From the NCBI GenBank assembly GCA_051313645.2, contig JBNRSN020000039.1, forward strand, positions 6,820,001 through 6,884,000: DNA of 64,000 nt. The letters are read 5' to 3'. The number at the start of each line of letters is the position of its first letter. Position 1 is the first letter of the stretch. The notes below the pieces were generated by a model. That model saw only the letters and a program-made list of their open reading frames with translations, was not told where the DNA came from and searched no databases. Position numbers and translations under genes: made by a program. Shown here in pieces: positions 50,621 to 61,186 of this stretch. This DNA is from Centroscyllium fabricii. Taxonomy: Eukaryota.

Positions 50621-50680
50621 AGGCGGCACTACATTGAGGGCCCAAGGCCCTGTACAGTGCTGTATGTTCTATATGTTCTA

Positions 50681-51067
50681 TAAACTAGGAGCAGGAGTAA
50701 GCCATTCGGCCCTTCGAGCCTGCTCCGCCATTCAATGAGATCATGGCTGATCATCCAAGCCCAGCACCCCGCCCCTGCCCTCTCCCCATATCCCTCGATC
50801 CCCTTCGAACCTACACCGACACATATCGCACCCTATCGCCGCAACCCCACATATTTAACCCCCTAACACTAAGGGTCAATTTATCCTGGCCAATCAACCT
50901 AACCTGAACATCTTTGGACTGTGGGAGGAAACCGGAGCACCCGGAGGAATCCCACGCAGACACGGGGAGAATGTGCAAACTCCACACAGATAGTACCCGA
51001 GGCCGGATTTGAACCCAGGTCTCCAGAGCTGTGAGGCAACAGTGCTAACCACTTTGCCACCGTGCCC
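50681..51067 (-). mobile_element. HE1-like V-SINE; its tail remnant lies at ~46019-46031, split off by the CR1 insertion
   Basis: The reverse complement reads gggcacggtggcaaagtggttagcactg...ggttcaaatcc...gtgtggagtttgcacattctccccgtgtctgcgtggg. Confidence 0.92.
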
Positions 51068-51204
51068 AGTAGGGGACAACAGAGGCTAAACAGAAAGTGA
51101 AAGTGATAAGAAACAGTGGCTGCTCCCACAAGCTGTCTATGTCTCGATGTGTTAAACACTTGACAGAATATGGATGGCGGCCTTCGTGCAATGGAAACAA
51201 CGTT

Positions 51205-51445
51205 TCACTGCCATTTCCTCACCCCCATTATAAATTCTCCCAACTCTGACTGTGAAGGATCTACATTTGCCTGCGCTAGTGTTTTCCTTTTCGTATACAT
51301 ACATAAGCTTTTACAATCCGTTTTTATATGTTTCGCCATTTTCTGCTCATATTCCATTTTTCCCTTCCTTTATCAATTGATAAATTATCCTTTGCTGATT
51401 GCAGAAAAATCACAATCCTCAAGCTGCCCGCTTTTTACTGGCAAG
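51205..51445 (-). mobile_element. Degenerate CR1 fragment
   Basis: Similar to 43620-43830 (cattataaat...aaggatc...tttacaatc). Confidence 0.55.
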
Positions 51446-51451
51446 CTGATA

Positions 51452-54400
51452 GTGCCCAGGGTTCTTAGTGAATAAAAGCCTCAGTTGTATACTCAACGTC
51501 GCCTCGATTATAATTGATCACGCATCAATTTTATTCACTAAGAGTTTTGAGATAAACACTGTATTGAAGCTATCCACCTTGGCACTCGTCCCGAGTGCCC
51601 CAGAGGTGCCGAGCAGCTTTTCCCACTGGCTTACCTGCTTTGAGTGATTCCTGGCGACCCTCGCCAGCACTTCCTGGATGGACACCCATAAACTCTTGCG
51701 GCTGCATTCACGGCTCCAACACCGGGTGTTCCAACTCATCAAGGTAATGACCTCCTACTCATCGGCGATGGCCCTCCTCAAGGAGCAGTACGAGCGGCCG
51801 ACTAACACGGTTTATGCCAGGCATCTCCTGCTGACTCGCAAACAACGGACCAGTGAGCATTTTGCTGGCTTTGTGCGGGCCCTGATGGAGCTCAGCAGAG
51901 CCTGCAACTGCAAAACAGCCTCGGCAGATGAGTACAGGGAGCTGCTATTCCGAGACGCCATCGTCGCCAGCGTACAATCGGACTACACCCGGAAGAGACT
52001 GCTGGAACTTGCAAAACTGTCCCCAAAGAAGGCCACAGACATCGGACTCACTCTCGAAGGGGCGGAACAGATTATGTAGTCGTAAGCGCACATGGCCACC
52101 CCATGGACCTCACGGGAGCCACCAGCGTGGAACACGCCAGGCCCGACGCATTATGCCGCACCACTTTTGACTCACCCCATGAATGGCCCGACCACCACGG
52201 CGATGCCCCGTAGCCAGAAGTGCTATTTCTGTGGACAAGTGATGCACTCCAGACAACACTGTCCAGCGAAGGGCGCTACCTGTACTCGATGCCAGAAGAA
52301 GGAACACTATGCGAGCATCTGCAAGTCGTCCCCCAGGCCCAGCAGCGCCGCATGCGAACTGACATCACGGCCATCTTGGATAACACCCACCATGTGCGTC
52401 TCATGGGAGCAGCCATCTTGGATGGCTGCAACCAAAGACCGACCCTGCTCCCTGACTGGCTGCGAAGAGCCACCAACTGCGGTACTGGCTTCCGTTACCT
52501 TGGACCAGTCTGGGCCCCACCCCCTCACGAAGTCGATGATGGACATTAAGGTAAACGGCTGCACCACGAACTGTCTGTTTGACTCGGGGAGCAAGACAAG
52601 TTTTTTCCACTACGATACGGTGCGCCGCCTCTCGCTCTCCACTTGGGCCATGCACCAGCGCATTTCCCTCGCTTCCAAATCTCAGACCGTTGATATCGGT
52701 GGTTACTGCATGGTAACCCCTGTCGGCGAGTGGCGCAGTGTACAAGGCTTTCAAACTCCTGGTTCTACCCAACATCTGCGCGGCCATCCTCCTGTGGTTA
52801 GACTTCCAAACCCATCTTAATAGCGTTACGATGGTGTACGGGGGGCCGCTCCCCCCTCGCTGTCCGCAACCAGAAGCCCTCAAACCTCCACTGCCCGCCG
52901 TCTGCAGCCTCTCGACCCTCAATGGAGCCCCTCCCCCACTGTTCGCTAACCTCACCCCAGAGTATAAACCCATAACCACTAAGAGCAGGAGATACAGTGC
53001 TTGGGAGAGGGCTTTCATCAAGAACGAGGTACAGCGGCTCCTGAAGGAGGGGGTGATTGAGGATAGCACCATCCACTGGGGGGCCAAGTATTCGTTGTTA
53101 AGACCGTTGAAAAGAACTGATTAGTTATCAACTACAGCCAGACCAACAACGGATTTACACAGTTGGACGCGTACCCACTCCCCCGCATATCTGACATGGT
53201 CAATCAGATTGTGCAGTACAAGGTGTTCTCCACCATTGACCTAAATTCGGCTTATCACCAACTCCCCATCTGCACCGCAGACCGCCGCTATACTGCCTTC
53301 GAGGCTAATGGCCGCCTCAACCACTTCCTCGGTGTCCCCTTCGGGGTCACCAATGGCGTCTCGGTTTTCCAACGGGAGATGGACCGTATGGTTGACCAGC
53401 ACGTGCTGCTGGCCACGTTCCCTTACCTAGACAATGTGAGCATCTGTGGACATCACCTGCAGGAACATGACGCCAAACTTGAAAATATCTTTGCACTGCC
53501 CAACTCCTTAACATCACCTAGAACAAGGAAAAATGCATGTTCCGCACAATACAGCTGTGTTGTTGAAAACGGGGTCATTGGACCCGACCCAGACTGCATG
53601 CACCCCCTCATGGAACTCTTCCTCCCCCATTGCCAGAAGGCCCTGAGAAGATGCCTGGGCTTCTTCTCCTACTACGCAAAGTGGGCCCCTAACTTTGCGG
53701 ACAAGCCCGCCTGCTCCTTAAGTCCACGTCCTTTGCCCTAACGACGGAGGCCCGTATGGCCTTCGACCACATCAAGCGGGACATCGCTAATGCCACCTTG
53801 CATGCGGTGGACGAAACCACCACATTTCAGGTTGAGAGCGATGCGTTCGATTTTGCCCTGACTGCCACCCTTAACCAGGTGAGCAGACCCATGGCGTTCT
53901 TCTCCCGGACCCTCCAAGGCCCCGAAACTAGACACTCCTCGGTCGAGAAGGAGGCACAGGCCAGTGTGGAAGCTGTGCGCCACTGGAGGCATTACCTGGC
54001 CGGTCAACGGTTTACCCTGCTCACTGACCAGCGCTCAGTTGATTTTATGATCAGCAACCAGCAGCGGGTTAAAATCAAAAATGACAAGTTATTGAGGTGG
54101 AGAATTGAACTCTCCACCTACAACTACGATATCTTGTACTGGCACGTGATGCTCAACGAGCATCCAGACGCCCTGTCCAGGGGAACATGCGCCAGCATGC
54201 ATGTGGATCGACTGCGGTCACTCCACAACGTCCTCTGCCACACCGCGCGTCACCTGGTTCTTCCATTTTGTCAAGACCCACAACCTGCCCTACTCCATTG
54301 AGGAGGTCAGGACCTTGACCAGGGACTGCCAGGTCTGTGCCGAGTGCAAACTGTACTTTTACAGGCCAGACAGGGCACAACTAATCAAGGACACCCGTCC

Positions 54401-55583
54401 CTTCGAGCGCCTCAGGACCGATTTCAAGGGACACCTCCCCTCCCCCGACCGCAACGTGTACTTTCTCACCATTATTGATGCGTACTCATGTTACCCCTTC
54501 GCCGTCACCTGCCCTGACATGACTTCGGCCACGGTCATCAAGGCTCTGCACAATACTTCGCCCTGTTCGGGTTCCCCAGCTACATCCATAGCGACCGGGG
54601 TTCCTCATTAATGAGCGACGAGCTGTGACAGTATCTGCTCCCTAGTGGAGTCGCCACGAGCAGGACTACCAGCTACAATCCCCGTGAAAAGGGACAGGTG
54701 GAGAGAGAGAACGCTACAGTCTTGAAGGCCACCTTGCTAGCCATAATGTCCAGGGGCCTTCCAGTCTCGTACTGGCAAGACGTTCTCCCGGATGCACTCC
54801 ATGCTATCCGATCCCTCCTCTGCACTGCCATAAACGCCACCTCTCATGAAGAAATGTTTGTCTTCCCCAGGAACTCCACATCGTTGACATCGCTCCCATC
54901 CTGGCTGACGTCCCCAGGAGCCGTCCTGCTCCAGAAACACGTCAGGAGCCATAAGACGGACACCCTCATCGAAAGTGTCCAACTCCTCCACGCAAACCCC
55001 CAATACGCCTACATTGTGTATCTGGACGGGCGGGAGGACACCATTTCTATACGGCAACTCGCCGCCTCTTGCGATCCCCGATGCTGCTGAGCCCCGCACC
55101 ACCCCCTTTTACAACCCACAACCCCCCGGTAGGCGCCTGAGTCCGATCTTTCTCCCCTAGCCCCTGTACACTGCGCGCTGAATTCAGGGGCCCAGCCGCC
55201 GACCACCGACTGCCCACGTTCGGACGAAGTCGTGGAACCAGCACCGCAGTCAGAGCCACGACGATCACAGAGGCGTACCAGACAGCCTGAAAGGCTCATG
55301 TACACTTGATTTGTCTCACTTCACCCCGCTAGCCTCATTTTTGAAGAATGGGTGAATATGGTAAACAACTGTTTTATATAGTTTCCCCTTGCCTGTGTGT
55401 ATCCATGCCCGGGTATGACTGAGCCTGACTCCGCCCATAGCCTACCTGATAAAGGCCAAGCTCCGCGAGCCTGGCTCATTACAAGGATTCGTCAGTCAGT
55501 CTAAGGATGTCCAGGGTTCTTAGTGAGTAAAAGCCTCAGTTGTATTCTCAAACCTCGCCATGAATATAATTGATCGTGCGTCA
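51452..55583 (+). mobile_element. Gypsy LTR retrotransposon (Mag-like), near full length, disabled; partial 5' LTR 51452-51527, 3' LTR 55357-55583
   Basis: Double zinc knuckle CYFCG...HCPAKGATCTRCQKKEHYASIC, protease LFDSGS, RT DAYPLPRI...PFGVTNG...YLDN, RNase H, integrase HHCC and DFKG. A purine tract gaagaatgggtgaa precedes the 3' LTR. Confidence 0.93.
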
Positions 55584-56187
55584 CCACCTCGGCACGATCA
55601 GTACTGAAGGAAGACGGTTGCAACTCAAACACTGGAGAGCATTGGGTAAGAAAACATTTGCAAAGTCCTGGGTCTCAGTCATACATGAGTGGCGCTAGCA
55701 TTTGGGGCTCTCGAGCTTGAGGAGGGGTAGATCGGTCTGATGATGAATGAGGTTGTGGGCGAGGCTGAAGCTGCTGCAAGGTATCCAGCACCTGTTGCAC
55801 AGACTGTGCTGTTGGTATTCAACCAGTAGCTGTTCGTGTTTTCCTAACATGGCTCCCTGAGTCTATGAAACAGTTGATCGGAATTTCTCTGTCTCTTCTG
55901 GGTCCATGTTAAAGGCTTAGTATTGCTGACACAGTTCCCCAGGATATCTGGACCCACTTGAAGAGACCACACGGCGGGTAAGTGGTCTACGTCGGACATT
56001 ACAAGAGAAGACAAGAAGAGGCTCAGCAGCCACTGTTTACACGGTACATGGAAACACAAAGCAAAATAACAGAGAGACAATGCTCAAAATAAACATAGCC
56101 CATAAGCCAAAAGTACTAACGAGTATTAGAGTGTCCATGAGTTCAAAACTGATCACTGAGTCCTAGAGAGACAGTGTTTATGTACTC

Positions 56188-59100
56188 GGGGACTTGCCTC
56201 TTGAGAGCTGGCCGAGGCGCCAGTCAGCTCTGCCAGGCTTAGCGGAGCATCCAGTTGCTTGGCGCCCTCCGGACCAACCTTCGGCAGATCCTCCCACAAA
56301 ACTCCACGCGCATCCTCGCTGGATGGATCCAGAGAGAACCGAGCCCCGTAATAGGACCGGGCCTCCGCGCTGATCCCCTACGGATACGAGACCAGAGATC
56401 CGTCGTCGGCCAGCAGCCCCAAGAGCTGCTTACGGACCCCTCGCCTTTTTTCCAGCGAGTAGAAGAAGGGTGAGCCGTGGTCCAGATCTGCAGAAACTGG
56501 ATCCGCGACCTCACGAACGTGCCTCGTGACCTGACGAGCTGCAGGTCCTTCAGCGCGCTCTTCTTCTCTTCGTACACCTTCCGCAGGGCCGGGTCCCCAA
56601 CGACCTGACCAAGACGGGACTCCAGGTCGTGCACCTCCTTCTCCAATCATCCGACCTGGGCGTTTCACCCCTTGGATACCCTCTCGCGTACTCCTGACAG
56701 AAGAGATGGACATGAGCCTTGTGCACGTCCCACCATACCCTCAAGGGGGGGAAGCCCCCCTGCTTCCTTCTCCAGTCGGCCCAGAACCAACGGAACGAAT
56801 CCCCGAAACGCACGTCCTCCAGGAGCAGGTTGTTAAAATGCCAGTGTGCGGACCCCCCCACACCCCCACACCACGTGCGTGCAATGGAGCGAGCTCCGTC
56901 CACACCAGGTGGAGGTTCGTGCATGGCACCAGCCACATGGAAGCTGGCCGAATGCAGGAGACGTACGCACGAGATATGTAGAGGCAGCTGATTCTGGACC
57001 CTCCTCCAGACCTCACTTGTGTGAAGGCGCTGGTGATGGGATGCAGATTCCGCCAGATGTCCACCAAGTCGAAGGAGCCGACCAGGTCCCTCAACTTCTC
57101 TTACGCTGCTGGGCTGCACGGGCAACCCGCACAGTCCCTCGCCTCGAGGGTGCAATTAAAATACCCCCGAGGATGATGCACTCGCCGACGTCAGCAGAGC
57201 CCAGAAGAGCGGACACTTCTTCAAAAGGGCGTACAGGTTCACTAGATGGAGCGGCACGCCCCCCCAGGCGAACTGTGACCAGGAGCAAGTGGCCCGGCAC
57301 GTGCTCCTGGACCCCCAAGATCTCCGGCTGAAAATTCGGGGCCAGCAAGATAGCCACCCCGCTGGAATTGTTGGAGATGTGACTCATGCTGACCCCTCCT
57401 TGCCACTCCAGGAGCCACGTGTCCTCGTCTCCCACAATGGTGTGCGTTTCTTGCAGGAAGCACAGCGCATACTTCACGTCCTGGAGGACCGAAAAATTGT
57501 TAAATCTACGGCTCGCCTCCCTGCTGCCGTTGATGTTGTGGCTGGCTATGGTTATCTTCATGTCAGAAGCATAGTGCTACCTAAACCTAACGGGGGGAGG
57601 TAGCGCAGTCCGTGGACAGACGCCACTCCCTCAGTAGCACAGTGTGGAACTTCCTGAAGTGACGCAGATCGGGCTTTTTAACGGCAGCGCGGATGGATAT
57701 GATGAGCAGCGCCACCTCCGACGACCTGTCGAGGGCCAGCCGGATCTTATTGCGGCGACCCAGGCGCCTGGCCACAAATTCTCGGAGCACCGCGACGGGG
57801 CTGAGAGGAGACTCGGTGAAGGGCACGAGGTCTTCCATCGCCACGTCGGCGACGGACTCCATATCATTCTCCCCGCCCAGCACCGAGTCCCCGTCCTCCT
57901 CCGGGAGGTCGCCACCAGCGTCTGACCCTTCCGCCGCGCAGGGCGCAAATAACGGGTCGGCCGCACCGTACGGCCCTACCTCTGTCCCGATCCAACCCCC
58001 AGGATCAGCTGCAGAGGAGTCCTCCCTGGGCTCCACCAGGGGTGCCGTGCCAGAGGGCAGCGGCGGTTCGGGACCCCCGTCTGCCTCATGCGCCGCAATG
58101 TACAGAGAAACGGGGAAGAGAACAAACCCCATCTCCTCCAGCACGTTCGGCGCTGACGTCAGAGACGGATTGAAGGAAACGTACCCCTCCACGCCACCAG
58201 CCGCTGACCCAGCGTGTGGGGCATCCTGATTAAAACCCTCGACGAGGTCGAGCAGTCCCAGGGCGAAATCCGGTTCAATTGGGGCGAGGTCTGCCTCATC
58301 TAACTCGCCCACCCCTGATCCCAGGACGCCCTAACCGGCGAGGTGAGACGTTTCCGATTTTCATCGTGAGGGTTTTCTGGTTGTTCTGCATCACACCCCC
58401 AAGGGCAGGGCCACGTCCCCATCCCATGTAGGCACGAGCGGAACGGACTTAACCTCCCCACTCTCCCGCAGGACAGGCGACACCTGCCGGTCGTTAACGA
58501 CGATGGTGATGGTGGGAGGGGGCGCGACGCTCGATGACTCCTCTTCACGGCCCTCCTCCTCACCCAGGGAGTCGGAGTCGTGCCTCCGTTTTGGTCTGGG
58601 GCGACCCTGAGGGAGGGTGACCTCCATATTATCTAAGGCTACCCCCTCCTACGTTCCCCCTGGCCGAATGGGTTTTTCGGGCCCTTTGGGCCCGAGCCCG
58701 GCCGCAGGTTTTGATTTTTTCGCCAAGGCAGTGGCGGCCGCAGGCTCGGACTCGGGGCCCTCACCGCTCCCGCATGGACCCACCAGACCACTGATATATT
58801 CGGGCGTAAGTTCTGGCAGGTGCAGCAGTTGTCCGTCCCCTACGAGGGGACCCACCCTACGATGTTTGGTTTTTCACCGCGCCTTCCTTCCGACCAGATG
58901 CGCTCCAACCCTCTGCCAGAGGCCGTGATGTCATTGGCCTCCGACGACGCCCGCGCATCCGACGCCCGAGATGCGTGGACAGACTCTGGGGGAGAAGCGG
59001 CGGCGGCGCCAGCCTCAGTGCACTAGATATTTTGGAGGACTTGGAGGCGGGCCACGTTCCTCCTGATATGCCCCACCTCCTTACAGGCATGGCACCGCAC

Positions 59101-60357
59101 GCCATCTCACTTCCAGAAGACACGATAGGCGGTCCCATCATAGAGCATGGGGAACGCACCGTCGGTGTCCTCCTACGGTGCCAGCTGCATGAACAGCTGA
59201 CGCCGGAAGGAGAAGATGTGGCGAAGGCTGTCCTCCCGGAATCTGAGCGGGATGAGGGTTATCGCGGAACTCACCTCCCCATGTTGTCGTAGGTGTGGGA
59301 GGAGGAGCTCACCGGGAATATAGGGCGGGATGTTGGAATGTACAACCCTCTGCATGACGGCCTCGGACGGGAAGGCCCCACTTGTTTGAACCGCCTCAAT
59401 GTGCATTGTGAAGCCAGGGCCCAGCGCCAATTTCAGCGACTCGATGGCTTTGACAGTGAGCCGGACGTCACCCTGCCCGAAGCACTGAACCAGATCTTTT
59501 GGCGCCATCCAGCCCACTCCTCCGCCATCGAGCAGGTCCCTGACTCTAGTCACCTTGCCAGGCACAGCCCTATGTTCCACCAGCCAACCGAACCCGCGGT
59601 CGTGGAGATGCGGATTCCTGACCAGTGGCTCTCGAACGAGAGCCGCCACCCCTGACGGGAGAGACATGCGCCTGGAGGCGACGCTGTTCCAAACCCAGAG
59701 CAGTTCCTGGAAGAAGCCAGGCAGTTCCCGAAGGCTGGCACGTGTACCGCCCACTTTCACAAACAGGAGCTGCGTGTTGTAGTTCAGACCATCCAGCTGG
59801 CAGAATAAATACATCTCCAGCGCACCCCGTTTATGATGATCCTCGACGTAGATGTATCTCTGCCCAGGCTCAGTCCAAACCAGGTCTTCAACGATGTTTA
59901 ATTAGATGACGACTTCACCTAGGCACATCCAGCTGTCCCAGGTCAGGCAATAGAAGGGGTGTTTTTAGTGGTGTGTGTGGCTTAGTTTTTACAAGAGACA
60001 CACACACCCCTTGACGTTCCGGCCTTCTTTTCTTCTTTTCTTCTTTTCTCCCCCCCCCCCCCCCCCCCCCACCTACAAAAACAAAGTATTTGGGAAAGTG
60101 CACCCAACAACAACACCGACCTTCTGAATGTTGTTCTCCCTCCTTCCGAAAAGTTGGTGGTGATGATTTTCTTCACCCCTCTCTTCCTCTCCCGAAATAG
60201 AGGCCAACTGGGGAGGGAGCGATGGGAAGGCCTCACTGATGGTGTTTGCTTGATTCGTGGCCTCTCTTTCCTCTCCTCTGTCCTCTCTTCCGAAACTCCT
60301 CTGCAGCTGATGTTGTGGCTGTTGGCTGATGGCTGATGGAGATGGTCTCCCTACTGC
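56188..60357 (-). mobile_element. Tx1-type (L1 superfamily) non-LTR element, rearranged and 3'-truncated
   Basis: ORF2 APE MKITIASHNINGSR...LCFLQETH (from 57561) and VWWDVHKAHV; ORF1 SNIPPYIP...FRRQLFM plus a zinc knuckle near 59100. Confidence 0.85.
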
Positions 60358-60499
60358 GAGAAAGAGACAAACAAAGAACACAACTGCACAACACCAAGAC
60401 GTACTCACAAGCAGCAGAGCGCCAGGAGTTCAAGACTAAGCACTGAGTCCTAAAGAGACAGGGATTAAGTACTCTAGACAACGAGTCCAGGTGTGAGAG

Positions 60500-61186
60500 A
60501 AGTTTCTCTGAGAGGTGATGCAGTCTGCTGCCATCTGTCTTCGGGGATGTCTCATGATAGATACAGGCAGGGGAAGTACCCTTATGTTGACAAATCAACA
60601 ATTAAGGCTGAACCTGACCAATGGGCACAGGGGGAACGGTACCACTTAGCGGGCATTAGCAGACGGGATTCTGACGGTTTGCCAGTTGAGAGCAATGGGT
60701 TGGGTGCACCCCACGCAAGTCGAATGTAAACCTGACAGAAGAGGGTGCCTTGTGTTTGTATTGGTAATACCAGGGATGGCATCCAAAGCCCAAGGCCGAA
60801 ATGTGTACCGACGTCAGAATATTAGGGTAGTGAAGGACGGAATATGTTACCAAATGCTGTAAAAATTAAAGGAAATTTGACTGCAACGAAACTGGAGGGA
60901 TGTTTTACTAGACATGCTATCACTGTATATACGCACAGTTTTGGACACAGTCCAGAAGCACAATGTGGGTTAAACACGACTGATGCCAATCACTATATTA
61001 ACAGTGCCATGGAGGCCCTAAAGGCGGATTTAAAACTCACTCAAGTGGAATGTGGCAGGAAGAGAGAATATTGTGTTACAACTAATTTGAAAATGTTTAA
61101 ATATGCCAATCTACCTTGTGATAATCCAAGTTCAGTGTCCTTCTTCACTCCTGAAATCCCGGTATGGATCGGACACAAGGAATTGT
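60500..61186 (+). pseudogene. Possible endogenous retroviral envelope-like fragment
   Basis: Two offset frames give GCLVFVLVIPG...VYRRQNIRVVKDG and LEGCF...QCGLNTT...EYCVTT...PC...FFTPEIPVWIG. The Cys spacing recalls fish/reptile ERV env. Cut by an LTR. Confidence 0.4.

Larger units (their letters stand above)
46032..50680 (+). mobile_element. Full-length, young CR1 LINE (5' UTR with VNTR, ORF1, ORF2, tail)
   Basis: ORF1 with zinc finger and esterase, ORF2 with APE and RT, short 3' UTR ending tgttctatatgttctat. Confidence 0.95.
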
